Below, piece after piece: positions 29,668 to 39,283 of a stretch of DNA of 64,000 bases (position 1 is its first letter; each line of letters begins with the position of its first letter). The notes under the pieces are model-generated. The model made no database searches. It saw only the letters and a program-made list of their open reading frames with translations, and had not been told where the DNA came from. The translations under genes were made by a program, and so were the position numbers. Origin of the DNA: Nitrosopumilaceae archaeon (GTDB taxonomy: Archaea; Thermoproteota; Nitrososphaeria; Nitrososphaerales; Nitrosopumilaceae); the NCBI GenBank assembly GCA_965208905.1, contig OZ242365.1, positions 1,728,001-1,792,000 on the forward strand, given 5' to 3'.

Positions 29668-31437
29668 CTATGGGTAACCAATAGCGTTAGTAAGATCGGC
29701 GTCCAGTAAATTGGCGTCCAGTAAGTTGGCTAACGTTAGGTTGGCTTCCTGTAAGTTGGCATCCCGTAGGTTGGCTCTATGTAGGTTGGTACCAACTAGG
29801 TTGGCGCCTACTAGGTCGGCGCCGTATAGGTTGGCGAACTGTAGGTCGGCGCCCAGTAGGTTGGCTAAAAATAGGTTGGCGCCTACTAGGTCGGCGCCGT
29901 ATAGGTTGGCATCATGTAGTATGGCGTACTGTAGGTTAGATTCTTGTAGGTTGACATCATGCATGTTGGCATCATATAGGTTGGCTCCCTGTAGGTTGGC
30001 TTCCAGTAGGTTGGCTCCCAGTAGGTTGGCTTCCTGTAGTATGGCATTCTGTAGGTCGGCGTAGAATAGGTTGGCGCCCTGTAGGTTGGCATCATATAGT
30101 ATGGCGCCCAATAATATGGCGCCCTGTAGGTTGGCGTTCTGTAGTATGGCATTCTGTAGGTTGGCGTTCTGTAGTATGGCATTCTGTAGGTTGGCGCCAT
30201 CTAGTGCGGCACCCCGTAGGTAGGCGCCCTGTAGGTCGGCATCAACTAGGTTGGTATTCCGTAGGTTGGCGCGCCGTAGGTCGGCTAAAGATAGTGTGGC
30301 GCCGGCTAGGTCGGCGTTCCGTAGGTTGGCGCCCTGTAGGTCAGCACCGTGTAGTTTAGCGCTCCGTAGGCTAGCGCCCTGTAGGTTGGCATCAACTAGG
30401 TCGGCGCCGTATAGGTTGGCGAACTGTAGGTCGGCGCCCAGTAGGTTGGCTAAAAATAGGTTGGCGCCTACTAGGTCGGCGCCGTATAGGTTGGCATCAT
30501 GTAGTATGGCGTACTGTAGGTTAGATTCTTGTAGGTTGACATCATGCATGTTGGCATCATATAGGTTGGCTCCCTGTAGGTTGGCTTCCTGTAGGTTGGC
30601 TCCCAGTAGGTTGGCTTCCTGTAGGTTGGCTTCCTGTAGTATGGCATTCTGTAGGTCGGCGTAGAATAGGTTGGCGCCCTGTAGGTTGGCATCATATAGT
30701 ATGGCGCCCAATAATATGGCGCCCTGTAGGTTGGCGTTCTGTAGTATGGCATTCTGTAGGTTGGCGTTCTGTAGTATGGCATTCTGTAGGTTGGCGCCAT
30801 CTAGTGCGGCACCCCGTAGGTAGGCGCCCTGTAGGTCGGCATCAACTAGGTTGGTATTCCGTAGGTTGGCGCGCCGTAGGTCGGCTAAAGATAGTGTGGC
30901 GCCGGCTAGGTCGGCGTTCCGTAGGTTGGCGCCCTGTAGGTCAGCACCGTGTAGTTTAGCGCTCCGTAGGCTAGCGCCCTGTAGGTTGGCATCAACTAGG
31001 TCGGCGCCGGCTAGGATGGCGCTCCGTAGGCTAGCGCCCTGTAGGTCGGCGTTCCGTAGGTTGGCGCCCTGTAGGTTGGCGAGGTTTAGTGTAGCGCCCT
31101 GTAGTTTAGCGCCCTCTAAGTTGGCGCCCTGTAGGTCGGCTAAAAATAGGTTGACATCCTGTAGGTTGGCGTCCGCTAGGTCGGCACCCTGTAGGTTGGC
31201 GTCCGCTAGGTCGGCACCCTGTAGGTTGGCGTTCTGTAGTATGGCACCCTGTAGGTTGACTTCATATAGGTTGGCGTTCTGTAGTATGGCGCCCGTTAGA
31301 TTAAAGCCGGCCATATTGGCGCCGGCAAAGTTCCGATTCTGTAAATCCTGGAATGAAAGATCTTCATGTGCGACTGCAGCCGGCCATGCAGACACAATAA
31401 GAATGAATGATAACAATAACAACAAGTAACCATTCAT
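29668..31437 (-). CDS. Secreted pentapeptide-repeat protein with about 600-bp internal tandem duplication
   Basis: Signal MNGYLLLLLSFILIVSAWPAAVA; ANLQG repeats; lines 30061-30400 identical to 30661-31000. Confidence 0.92.
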   Translation of the reverse strand: MNGYLLLLLSFILIVSAWPAAVAHEDLSFQDLQNRNFAGANMAGFNLTGAILQNANLYEVNLQGAILQNANLQGADLADANLQGADLADANLQDVNLFLADLQGANLEGAKLQGATLNLANLQGANLRNADLQGASLRSAILAGADLVDANLQGASLRSAKLHGADLQGANLRNADLAGATLSLADLRRANLRNTNLVDADLQGAYLRGAALDGANLQNAILQNANLQNAILQNANLQGAILLGAILYDANLQGANLFYADLQNAILQEANLQEANLLGANLQEANLQGANLYDANMHDVNLQESNLQYAILHDANLYGADLVGANLFLANLLGADLQFANLYGADLVDANLQGASLRSAKLHGADLQGANLRNADLAGATLSLADLRRANLRNTNLVDADLQGAYLRGAALDGANLQNAILQNANLQNAILQNANLQGAILLGAILYDANLQGANLFYADLQNAILQEANLLGANLLEANLQGANLYDANMHDVNLQESNLQYAILHDANLYGADLVGANLFLANLLGADLQFANLYGADLVGANLVGTNLHRANLRDANLQEANLTLANLLDANLLDADLTNAIGYP

Positions 31438-31477
31438 GTGTTTACGTCTGGCGTTGTGGTTATAGTTGTTTGTGGTG

Positions 31478-31881
31478 CATGGTTGACTAGTCATGTATCA
31501 TGGGTAGTCGATAAGACGCTGCATGGCCAGGGTTAAGGCGCCATACGGTTGACTAGTCATGCATCATGCAGCATGGCCAGTCGATAAGATACTGCATGGT
31601 TGACTAGTCATGTTGCATGTATCATGCATGATGCGTCTAAGTCCTGTTGGTTGACTAGTCATATTGCATGTATCATGTATCATGCATGATGCGTCTAAGT
31701 CATGTATGGTTGACTAGTCGAGTATGGCCAGTCGATAAGACGCTGCATGGCCAGGGTTAAGGCGCCATATGGTTGACTAGTCATGTATCATGTATAATGC
31801 ATCATGACTAGTCGAGTATGGTAGTGGCATGGCGGCCTGCATGCAGCCAGGGTTAAGATGCCATACTGTTGACTAGTCATA
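31478..31881. repeat. Non-coding modular repeat array, block 2
   Basis: Same modules as 28591-29645. Confidence 0.9.
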
Positions 31882-32170
31882 CAAGTCCAAGAGGCGGCTT
31901 GTGGAGAACGGCAAATATGAGTTGAACCGCGACAACACCACAATACACACAATACATGTGGGCTCATATTCGGATGACTAGTTGCCGGTCTAACCTTCCC
32001 TGCGCTCCAACCTATCAAGTCGTCTTTTAAGAGACTCGATTATACATGACGAATACTTTAGATTGTAGCCGCTTGTCGCAACCGAGCGCATTTCCAGATT
32101 CGCCCATATGGAATCGACCTTGCGCTCCAATTCATTCAGCCGCAATACCATATCCGTCATGGTTAATGCA

Positions 32171-33636
32171 GGGAATTATATACAAAAGTACACAACCCAG
32201 ATTCTGAGAGTTAATGCCTGAACCACGGATCTCGTCCATACAACTCCCCTTAAATACTAGTATGCCGTATTATATATTATGATACGTATAGTTAAGGTAC
32301 CGCTACGGAGGGATGTGTTGTTTGCAGGGTGGGCGCACCGCACGAATCATGCGTCAAGATATGTGTACAACCGCGCCGTATCAGAGTATTTGTTTGGTGG
32401 CGAATATATGGAGAGGGTGGTAGTGGACATCCTGCAGCCCTTCAAACTACCGGGCAAACTTAGTTTTACATCAGGTATGCTGGACGATGACTACCATACA
32501 TATGATTTTGGGCCATCAAAGAATGTATTAAAGTACGGCATGTTCAAGCAGCTTACGGAGTGGCGCGCTGAACATGCATGGGTATCTGACTTGCCTATGG
32601 TGTTTGGTAGGGGCGCCATACAGGATGCCTCTATCGCATGTAGAAGAGTTATACATGACAACTCCGGCCACGCGCCATACCGCCGCAAAGACGGCCGCAT
32701 CATATTGAGTTCCGTTACACCGCCTATACAGAAAGGCGAGCACACCATACATATCCCCGGATATGGTATTGTAGAGACCGCCAAGCCCATCAATGTATTA
32801 TGGGACATGCGCTCATTCAAGATAGTTGATGTCACCAAACGGGTGGACAAGCATACCAAACCATCAGACCACATGTTTGAGCTGCATATTGCCGTGCGTG
32901 TACCGGTCGAGCCGCACCGTAATACGGGTGTAATACGTGGTGTTGATGTGGGCGGCAAGCACCTCGCCGTCACGGTAGATACGGACGGCAACGTCACAAT
33001 ACATGATACAAGACACAGACGCATACTGCGGGAGATTGATGCTCTCAAGAGTTTGCGCGACCGCAAGACACGGCATGGCCGGAAGTGGCATATATTGAAT
33101 GACCAAATAAAGCGGCTATACAGGAAGGCCAACAACATAGCCGCGAACACCATAAATCAGACGATTGCGCAGATAACTAATGGTATGGACGCAGTCGTGG
33201 TCGAGTCGCTCTCTATACAGGATATGACCACACATGGCGGGAATTACAAACGCGCCATGAACCGTTCAATGCGGGAGAACCATGTTGGGGAGTTCCTGCG
33301 CAAGCTTGCGCAGTGGTGCGAGATGCATAACATACCGCTGTTGGGGGCATCGGCCAAATATACGAGCCAGACGTGCCATGTGTGTGGTCACGTAGACTCA
33401 GAGTCGCGTATATCACGCGACAAATTCATTTGCACTAACTGTACCAGGGTATTCCACGCGGATGTCAATGCCGCCTGGAACATTCTGCATAGGGCGGCGG
33501 GGAACGTCGTCCTAAGACGGCCGGGGCACAAGGAGGGCTACAAGCCAACACCTTCTATGCTCCACTCCATACAACGAGGTCGTCAGAAAAGGCTTGAGTG
33601 TGCAGCCGAGGCTGTGTACTTTTGTATATAATTCCC
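32171..33636 (+). mobile_element. Transposase-less TIR element with IS1595-type ends carrying tnpB
   Basis: Perfect 24-bp TIR GGGAATTATATACAAAAGTACACA at 32171-32194 and 33613-33636; TSD TTAATGCA at 32163-32170 and 33637-33644. Confidence 0.92.
32279..33631 (+). CDS. tnpB: RNA-guided endonuclease TnpB
   Basis: RYVYN N-terminus; RuvC-I RGVDVG; RuvC-II VVESL; YTSQTCHVCG...FICTNC zinc finger; RuvC-III HADVNAAWNI. Confidence 0.92.
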   Translation: MIRIVKVPLRRDVLFAGWAHRTNHASRYVYNRAVSEYLFGGEYMERVVVDILQPFKLPGKLSFTSGMLDDDYHTYDFGPSKNVLKYGMFKQLTEWRAEHAWVSDLPMVFGRGAIQDASIACRRVIHDNSGHAPYRRKDGRIILSSVTPPIQKGEHTIHIPGYGIVETAKPINVLWDMRSFKIVDVTKRVDKHTKPSDHMFELHIAVRVPVEPHRNTGVIRGVDVGGKHLAVTVDTDGNVTIHDTRHRRILREIDALKSLRDRKTRHGRKWHILNDQIKRLYRKANNIAANTINQTIAQITNGMDAVVVESLSIQDMTTHGGNYKRAMNRSMRENHVGEFLRKLAQWCEMHNIPLLGASAKYTSQTCHVCGHVDSESRISRDKFICTNCTRVFHADVNAAWNILHRAAGNVVLRRPGHKEGYKPTPSMLHSIQRGRQKRLECAAEAVYFCI

Positions 33637-33693
33637 TTAATGCATCCTCAACCTTTCCCATTATTCATCACCCCCTGTATGTCCGGTACAATT

Positions 33694-34740
33694 CTATGAC
33701 TCCAGCCTCATTGGAATGTATTGTTTTGTAATGTAATCCAGTCCCTTCTCGGCAAACGCCTGCAGCTCAACCTTCTGTTTTATCTTAATGAAGTGCTTTA
33801 GTTCGCGCTGCCACATGTCTCCTGCAAAGCGCGGGTCCAGTAGGGTTTGCTTACATTTCTTTATGTCTACCTCCTTCATGGGGATTGTAACTTTAAAGTC
33901 GTACTCTGTGATATCGGTGGCCCACACACCCATCCATTTGGCATTGGGTACGACCAAATCGCGCAGGTGCGCGGACTGCGCAGAGCCGGCAGATATCACC
34001 CTTGCTATGTACATCCCCCACGGGTCTGCATCCGTAAATACGTATAGTGGCAGCTTGAACTGCTTTGTTATTCGGTGCAATACAATACGCGCGTTGCGCG
34101 ATGCCTGGCCGTTCAGGTCTACAATGATTGCCTTGTATTTGTCAACAATGCCGTCCTCGTACAGTCTTGTGAACGTGTCTGTTTTTTCAACGGCAATAAC
34201 ACACTCGGCGCCCGTCCTTACATACTCGGCGGTCGCCAAGGCAGGCGATATGCTCATGCCGTCCGGTATGGCATCCAACCTCATCTGCTTTCCTATATAT
34301 TTTGGGACAGTGTATTGTATCAGCATATCACCGTATATCGAGTTGCGTTCTGCCGGATACACGCCCAATAACTCGCGCGGCGTCTGCGTGACAGCCTCCA
34401 GATCGAATATCGTCTTGTCGGACTCGGACTGCGCATCGAACATATCAGGTAGTACGGACATGGATGCATAATACAGTCCGCGCATCGTAGTTGTCTTGCC
34501 CTGTTGCAGTAGCCCGTCCGATAACGAGGCGGCCCATATGAGCTGCATCATTGATTTTGCCGTGCTTACGTTGCCTGCAGAGCGCTCGGCTACCCCGTCG
34601 CCCAACACGTACTGCTTTGTGGCATCATCATATACGATGTTTGACGTATTGCGCGAAGGCACGCCAATTTTGGGAAACTCGCCCCTCTGTACACTCCTCA
34701 GATACTCCTCTGCCATGTTGCGCAGTTTTTCGCGTATCAT
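33694..34740 (-). CDS. top6A: DNA topoisomerase VI subunit A
   Basis: TMRGLYY catalytic Tyr, IAVEK, FTDADPWG Toprim, KVELQA. Confidence 0.9.
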   Translation of the reverse strand: MIREKLRNMAEEYLRSVQRGEFPKIGVPSRNTSNIVYDDATKQYVLGDGVAERSAGNVSTAKSMMQLIWAASLSDGLLQQGKTTTMRGLYYASMSVLPDMFDAQSESDKTIFDLEAVTQTPRELLGVYPAERNSIYGDMLIQYTVPKYIGKQMRLDAIPDGMSISPALATAEYVRTGAECVIAVEKTDTFTRLYEDGIVDKYKAIIVDLNGQASRNARIVLHRITKQFKLPLYVFTDADPWGMYIARVISAGSAQSAHLRDLVVPNAKWMGVWATDITEYDFKVTIPMKEVDIKKCKQTLLDPRFAGDMWQRELKHFIKIKQKVELQAFAEKGLDYITKQYIPMRLES

Positions 34741-36314
34741 AATACAGCCTCCACGGATGGTGTCTCTGTATTGCATATTGCGGCGGCGCGCTCCGTGCCA
34801 ATCACAAGATACTTGCGCAGTGCCTCCTGACGCTCCCTACTGCGCCTTTCCGCATGTTTTGCGTGTATGTAGGTCTTTGTTTTTTTGCCCAACTCCCATA
34901 CGCCCATCTGCACTTCGCGTGTTATCTCCGGGCGGTCCGCCACACCCTCCTTCCCTACGGACTTGTAGGGGACGCGCGTACTGCATATGTGAACACAAAT
35001 GGCTACCGGATCCTCCTCAATGTTTATGCCATATCGCTTCCAAAGTGCTTTGTTGTGTATCGTACAATATAGTGCATCTCCCTTCTCTCCATACAGTAAT
35101 GGTATGCGGTTCGCAAAACGATACACCCCAGGCTGTTTTATCTTACCCCCATATGCTATACCCATCTCTATGATGCATGGCCAACCACCATACGCGAATG
35201 GCCTGCGTTGTATCGTATGGATAACGTCGGGCTCAAATATAGTCTCCATGCCTTTTTGTAGTAGGCATGCCCCAAGGGGTGCTAGTACAGAAGATGTGGG
35301 CTTACTCCACTTCTCATATGATGCCATTGCATCGGCGAGCAGCACAACATCATTGTCTGAGAGTAGCCATATGGGAGTATCTGGTGGTAGATCCACATAC
35401 GAACAGAAGGACTGCGCGGTCTTGGGCCCGATGGTATCAAACGTACTTAGAAATTTCACAAGCCGTGGAGAGTGTTGTGTAATCTTCTTCACCTCGGCGG
35501 CCTTAAGGTTGTGCTGTACATCAGTATATAGAATGCGGTTGGGCAGATCAAGCGAGCGGACGTCCTCACCATTATACTTCTCATGTATAGTCTCTTGTAT
35601 CAGTCTGGTTATTGTTTCAGCATCCGTGCCCTGTGGGTGGGGTGTTGTGTTACGTGGTGGTTCCGGTACTACATCGGTGACGCGCCTGATGTTGATATTC
35701 TCACCGCGCGGTCCACTATACGTGATATTCGCGTATGGTGTGATTATACCGTTGTATTCGATATATCTGTGAATCTGTGTTGCCGCAAGTGAGTAGTTGC
35801 CGCGCAGGGTGCATCGTATCTCGGTCCCACTATGTTCACGGAGTTCCGTATGCTTTGATTTTATAATTGGTTTGTTGTGTTTTATGTCCAAAGTCATTAC
35901 ATATGTGGTCCAGCGCTTGCCGGTCCCGCTGGACACAACAAACGGGGTACGCGACGTAATCTGCCCGTACAGTATGGCCATAGTGGCGCCCATGCCGAAC
36001 ATGCCGCGCGCCTGCTTTAGTCCGAACTTACTGCCGTACATTATACTGCCAAATACTTCGGGTATGACGTCTGCGGGCAGCCCAGGCCCGTTATCGCGCA
36101 CCGTAATTGTATAGTCTGTCGGGTCTTTGCCCTCCCCCTCTATGCCAAGATATATGTCGGCAGGTATGCGCGCCGAGTCGCATGCATCAAGCCCATTCTC
36201 AAAGAACTCGCGTATGCCTGTGTATATTGCCTGTGTTGGGTTGCCAAAGCCGGCCATATCGCGGTTCTGGCAGAAGAATTCGGATGGCGATATTTGCTTG
36301 AACTTCTCGGACAC
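34737..36314 (-). CDS. top6B: DNA topoisomerase VI subunit B
   Basis: SPSEFF, REFFENGLDA, DNGPG, GSKF..QARG.FG.GA, RFANRIPLLY, VPYKSVGKE. Confidence 0.92.
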   Translation of the reverse strand: MSEKFKQISPSEFFCQNRDMAGFGNPTQAIYTGIREFFENGLDACDSARIPADIYLGIEGEGKDPTDYTITVRDNGPGLPADVIPEVFGSIMYGSKFGLKQARGMFGMGATMAILYGQITSRTPFVVSSGTGKRWTTYVMTLDIKHNKPIIKSKHTELREHSGTEIRCTLRGNYSLAATQIHRYIEYNGIITPYANITYSGPRGENINIRRVTDVVPEPPRNTTPHPQGTDAETITRLIQETIHEKYNGEDVRSLDLPNRILYTDVQHNLKAAEVKKITQHSPRLVKFLSTFDTIGPKTAQSFCSYVDLPPDTPIWLLSDNDVVLLADAMASYEKWSKPTSSVLAPLGACLLQKGMETIFEPDVIHTIQRRPFAYGGWPCIIEMGIAYGGKIKQPGVYRFANRIPLLYGEKGDALYCTIHNKALWKRYGINIEEDPVAICVHICSTRVPYKSVGKEGVADRPEITREVQMGVWELGKKTKTYIHAKHAERRSRERQEALRKYLVIGTERAAAICNTETPSVEAVL

Positions 36315-36433
36315 ATGGGCACAGCATATTCATTCCTTTTAAGGCGGGTGCTGGCTTGAGGGTGTCAGGAACTTATGAATCTACAAAACATGGTGAAGTG
36401 GTAAGTTAACAGCCGCTTGGAATATGATCGTTT

Positions 36434-37036
36434 TTATTTGAGTGGGGTAGTGATAACAATCGTTGGCGGCATTATGTTTGGTATAGTGTGTGGATTAACA
36501 GCACCAATTGCACCATGACCTACACTAATAACCGTGCTTGAAGACAAAGAATCTTGAAGCAAATCTGGGACTTGAAGTATGATTGTTCTTGCGTTCATAT
36601 CTTGTATAACCGTGGCATTGCCAAGATTGTGTGCATCAAACCCGGCATATGCGGTGATGCTAGTCTTGTCAAGCGAAATAACTTCACGTGCAAACAGGAG
36701 AAATAGAATGCCAGTTTCAGGATCGTATGTAGCCTCAACTAACCAGAGCCAGTGTATGTCATCGGTATAATGCAACAAAAATGGTGATAAAATTATACAC
36801 AATACTCCCAAGACAAGTATGGTGGCAATTACAACTATAAGATGTGATTTTGCCATTACTTTTTTGTTGTACATTAAGTATGCAATAACCGCAAAAGGAA
36901 CAGCAGACATAATTAGGAATATGTGTCCAACGTTAGACCCACTCAATCCAACATGAGTATACCACACCGTGCCAACACCACTTAATATAAGCAGAAAAAT
37001 TCCAATTGGTTTTCCAAAATAAAAAAATACTTTCAT
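36434..37036 (-). CDS. Membrane protein (AT-rich)
   Basis: Three N-terminal TM segments. Confidence 0.6.
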   Translation of the reverse strand: MKVFFYFGKPIGIFLLILSGVGTVWYTHVGLSGSNVGHIFLIMSAVPFAVIAYLMYNKKVMAKSHLIVVIATILVLGVLCIILSPFLLHYTDDIHWLWLVEATYDPETGILFLLFAREVISLDKTSITAYAGFDAHNLGNATVIQDMNARTIILQVPDLLQDSLSSSTVISVGHGAIGAVNPHTIPNIMPPTIVITTPLK

Positions 37037-37040
37037 ACCT

Positions 37041-37757
37041 CTACCTAGATATAACTAGGTCGTAAGCAAAATTGCCGTAAAAGCTGTGAGTGTTTGCGCT
37101 ACTTGGTACATCTGTATGGTACGTACCGGTGTTCTGCTGTGAGAATAACGTTCCTTCCATTAATGAGTAGTTGAGCGCAAGGTGTGAGAATGCCCATTCA
37201 GCAAACCACCATCGGTATGTTAATGGAGCATCCCAGTCTATGGTTGCCCTATTGTTATCCACTTCTACGTCAACTGAATATGACTTCCCGTCCCACGTTG
37301 TGCCGCTAGAATGTAGATCAGTGGTGATGCTACCACTATCTGAAACGGGAAGTATGCCATACCTACCATTAGAGATATACAGATCAGATGATCCTTCTGA
37401 TTCTATACGTGTAAATGTTTGGTTAAAGTCACTACTAGTAACACTATATGCATTATCGGACAATATTTTGATGGTGTAGGAATAGTGCGATGTAAGAGAT
37501 CCGTTGATATACTTTTGTGTAGTTACGGAATAGGTATCAGAGGATGGATTAAGTATTTCAAAAGTAATGTCCATGCTAGTCGACTCATAATTATATGAAT
37601 TGGTTGTTCTGCCCGTATTGGCAATCAGCTGATCCATATATCTATTTAAGGTTGGTTCATAAATCAGGCTCTCACTTTCAGCATAAGCATCGCCTGCTAT
37701 CACTACTAATGCTCCCAATACTGCGAACGTAAGTAAGTGTATGTACTTGATATACAT
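37041..37757 (-). CDS. Secreted hypothetical protein (AT-rich)
   Basis: Signal peptide ending DAYA; Ser/Thr/Tyr-rich. Confidence 0.65.
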   Translation of the reverse strand: MYIKYIHLLTFAVLGALVVIAGDAYAESESLIYEPTLNRYMDQLIANTGRTTNSYNYESTSMDITFEILNPSSDTYSVTTQKYINGSLTSHYSYTIKILSDNAYSVTSSDFNQTFTRIESEGSSDLYISNGRYGILPVSDSGSITTDLHSSGTTWDGKSYSVDVEVDNNRATIDWDAPLTYRWWFAEWAFSHLALNYSLMEGTLFSQQNTGTYHTDVPSSANTHSFYGNFAYDLVISR

Positions 37758-38044
37758 TACGTTCCTACTCTATTAGAGACTTTATAACATTTCACTAGTA
37801 TTCCAAATATATGTTATACAAGAATAGACTTGATGCGCAGTTAGCCGTAGGCTGCCCACCAGCCTGCCCCCGCATCTATCACGGCGGTTATCCTTTTCTC
37901 TAAAAGTTTTGTGGTGGTCTTGACCTGGGCGGGATCCGTGAGCCTGGGCGCCACTACGGCATGCGCAGATGATTTCACAACCCACGTCTATACTCAACGG
38001 CTGTGGAGTGGACCCCGTTCTTTAGAACCGATTTTCGCAACATT

Positions 38045-38902
38045 TTATTCACACTTTTTACCCCCTGCATATATGCTATCCCTTGAGTTCTGCCAATATT
38101 GTTCGGCGAACTCAGAAGGTGCCAAGTACTGTATAGAAGAGTGAATTCTGTTATGATTGTAATCTTCAAATGCAGCGAGTATTGTCTCTTTGGCTTCCTG
38201 AATGTTCGCAAACTCACGGGGCCAGACGTACTCCTTTTTGAGTGTCTTGTGGAAGGATTCGATATGTCCGTTTTGTTCGGGAGTGTTGATGTAGATGTAT
38301 TCAAGAGTAATTCCCAACGCTGCCATTGATGATCTAAATTCCCGACTAGTGTATTGAGTTCCATTATCGACTCTCAAAGTCAATCCCGGTAATGTTGGAT
38401 TGGAGTCGGCTACGGCATTATTTACGGCCATGATAGCCTCGTGTCGTGTGGCACGACTCTCCAATACAAATGCCAACCATTGCCTGGTAAAGACGTCGAT
38501 TACATTAAAACAGTAACCCCATCCGTCTCTACCGCACCAGATGTATGACATGTCCGATTCCCGGAACTGATTTGGAGCCTTTGGTTTTGGAATCTTTTTA
38601 TTGGTACGTATTATCTCACGCTTGGTACGTGATGGTTTACTCCATCCCAGTGCTTTGAATATACGTTTTATTGCCTTGCGGTTGATGGGACGATTCAACT
38701 CTCGTGAGGCTTGGGCAGCCATACGTCTTGTCCCATATGTCGGTCTTTTAGGTGCAATCTTTTGTACAATCTCTAGTACTTCGGGGTCCGATGACACGTT
38801 TCTGGGTGTAGGGGCATAATACCGTGCAGTTTTGGAGACTCCGCAAAGAGCGAGTGACCTATTGAGGTCCAACACGTCATGTATGATACGTGCGGCGTTC
38901 AT
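38045..38902 (-). CDS. IS3-family transposase OrfB
   Basis: SDMSYI, VDNGTQY, EQNGHIESFHKTLK. Confidence 0.92.
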   Translation of the reverse strand: MNAARIIHDVLDLNRSLALCGVSKTARYYAPTPRNVSSDPEVLEIVQKIAPKRPTYGTRRMAAQASRELNRPINRKAIKRIFKALGWSKPSRTKREIIRTNKKIPKPKAPNQFRESDMSYIWCGRDGWGYCFNVIDVFTRQWLAFVLESRATRHEAIMAVNNAVADSNPTLPGLTLRVDNGTQYTSREFRSSMAALGITLEYIYINTPEQNGHIESFHKTLKKEYVWPREFANIQEAKETILAAFEDYNHNRIHSSIQYLAPSEFAEQYWQNSRDSIYAGGKKCE

Positions 38903-39213
38903 TCTGCCTCGCCCTCCAGCGCTTTTTTTAAAGCATCATTAGCCACGGCATACTCTCCGATGATTCTCTTAAGTGATGTAATCTCCTTTTTGTGCTTCTT
39001 GGCCTGTTTGGAAGCGTTAGAACCCTCAAACGAGCTGCGTCCGCCATCTAGAAACTTTTCTTTCCAATCGTATACGGTTCGTGGGGCCAAGTTGTGTTCG
39101 CGGCATATCTCGGCCATACTGGTCCTGGGATTGAATGTCTGGAGTACTATGTGGATCTTTTCATCTGTACTCAACTTTGATTTTTTATTTGTCATATGGT
39201 GTGTGCCCCCCAA
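38899..39213 (-). CDS. IS3-family OrfA (HTH)
   Basis: AEICREHNLAPRTVYDWK; leucine-zipper tail. Confidence 0.88.
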   Translation of the reverse strand: MGGTHHMTNKKSKLSTDEKIHIVLQTFNPRTSMAEICREHNLAPRTVYDWKEKFLDGGRSSFEGSNASKQAKKHKKEITSLKRIIGEYAVANDALKKALEGEAE

Positions 39214-39283
39214 TTGCTAAAGTGTGCATCGACGATCGGTCTTATTCTAGCGGGGTCCGCGCCAAGAGGCAGTATGGCTACGC

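Larger units (their letters stand above)
31990..33661 (-). pseudogene. 65-aa coiled-coil ORF interrupted by the TnpB element
   Basis: Removing 32171-33636 and one TSD restores MGKVEDALTMTDMVLRLNELERKVD...RREG*, preceded by GGGGTGA. Confidence 0.65.
38004..39264 (-). mobile_element. IS3-family element (second species)
   Basis: Ends TGGAGTGGACCCC at 38004 and GGGGTCCGCGCCA at 39264; orfA and orfB; no TSD seen. Confidence 0.9.

Noticed and set aside
36401-36415. GTAAGTTAACAGCC, similar to the 28105 MITE end
   Set aside because: Short imperfect match with no partner end or TSD
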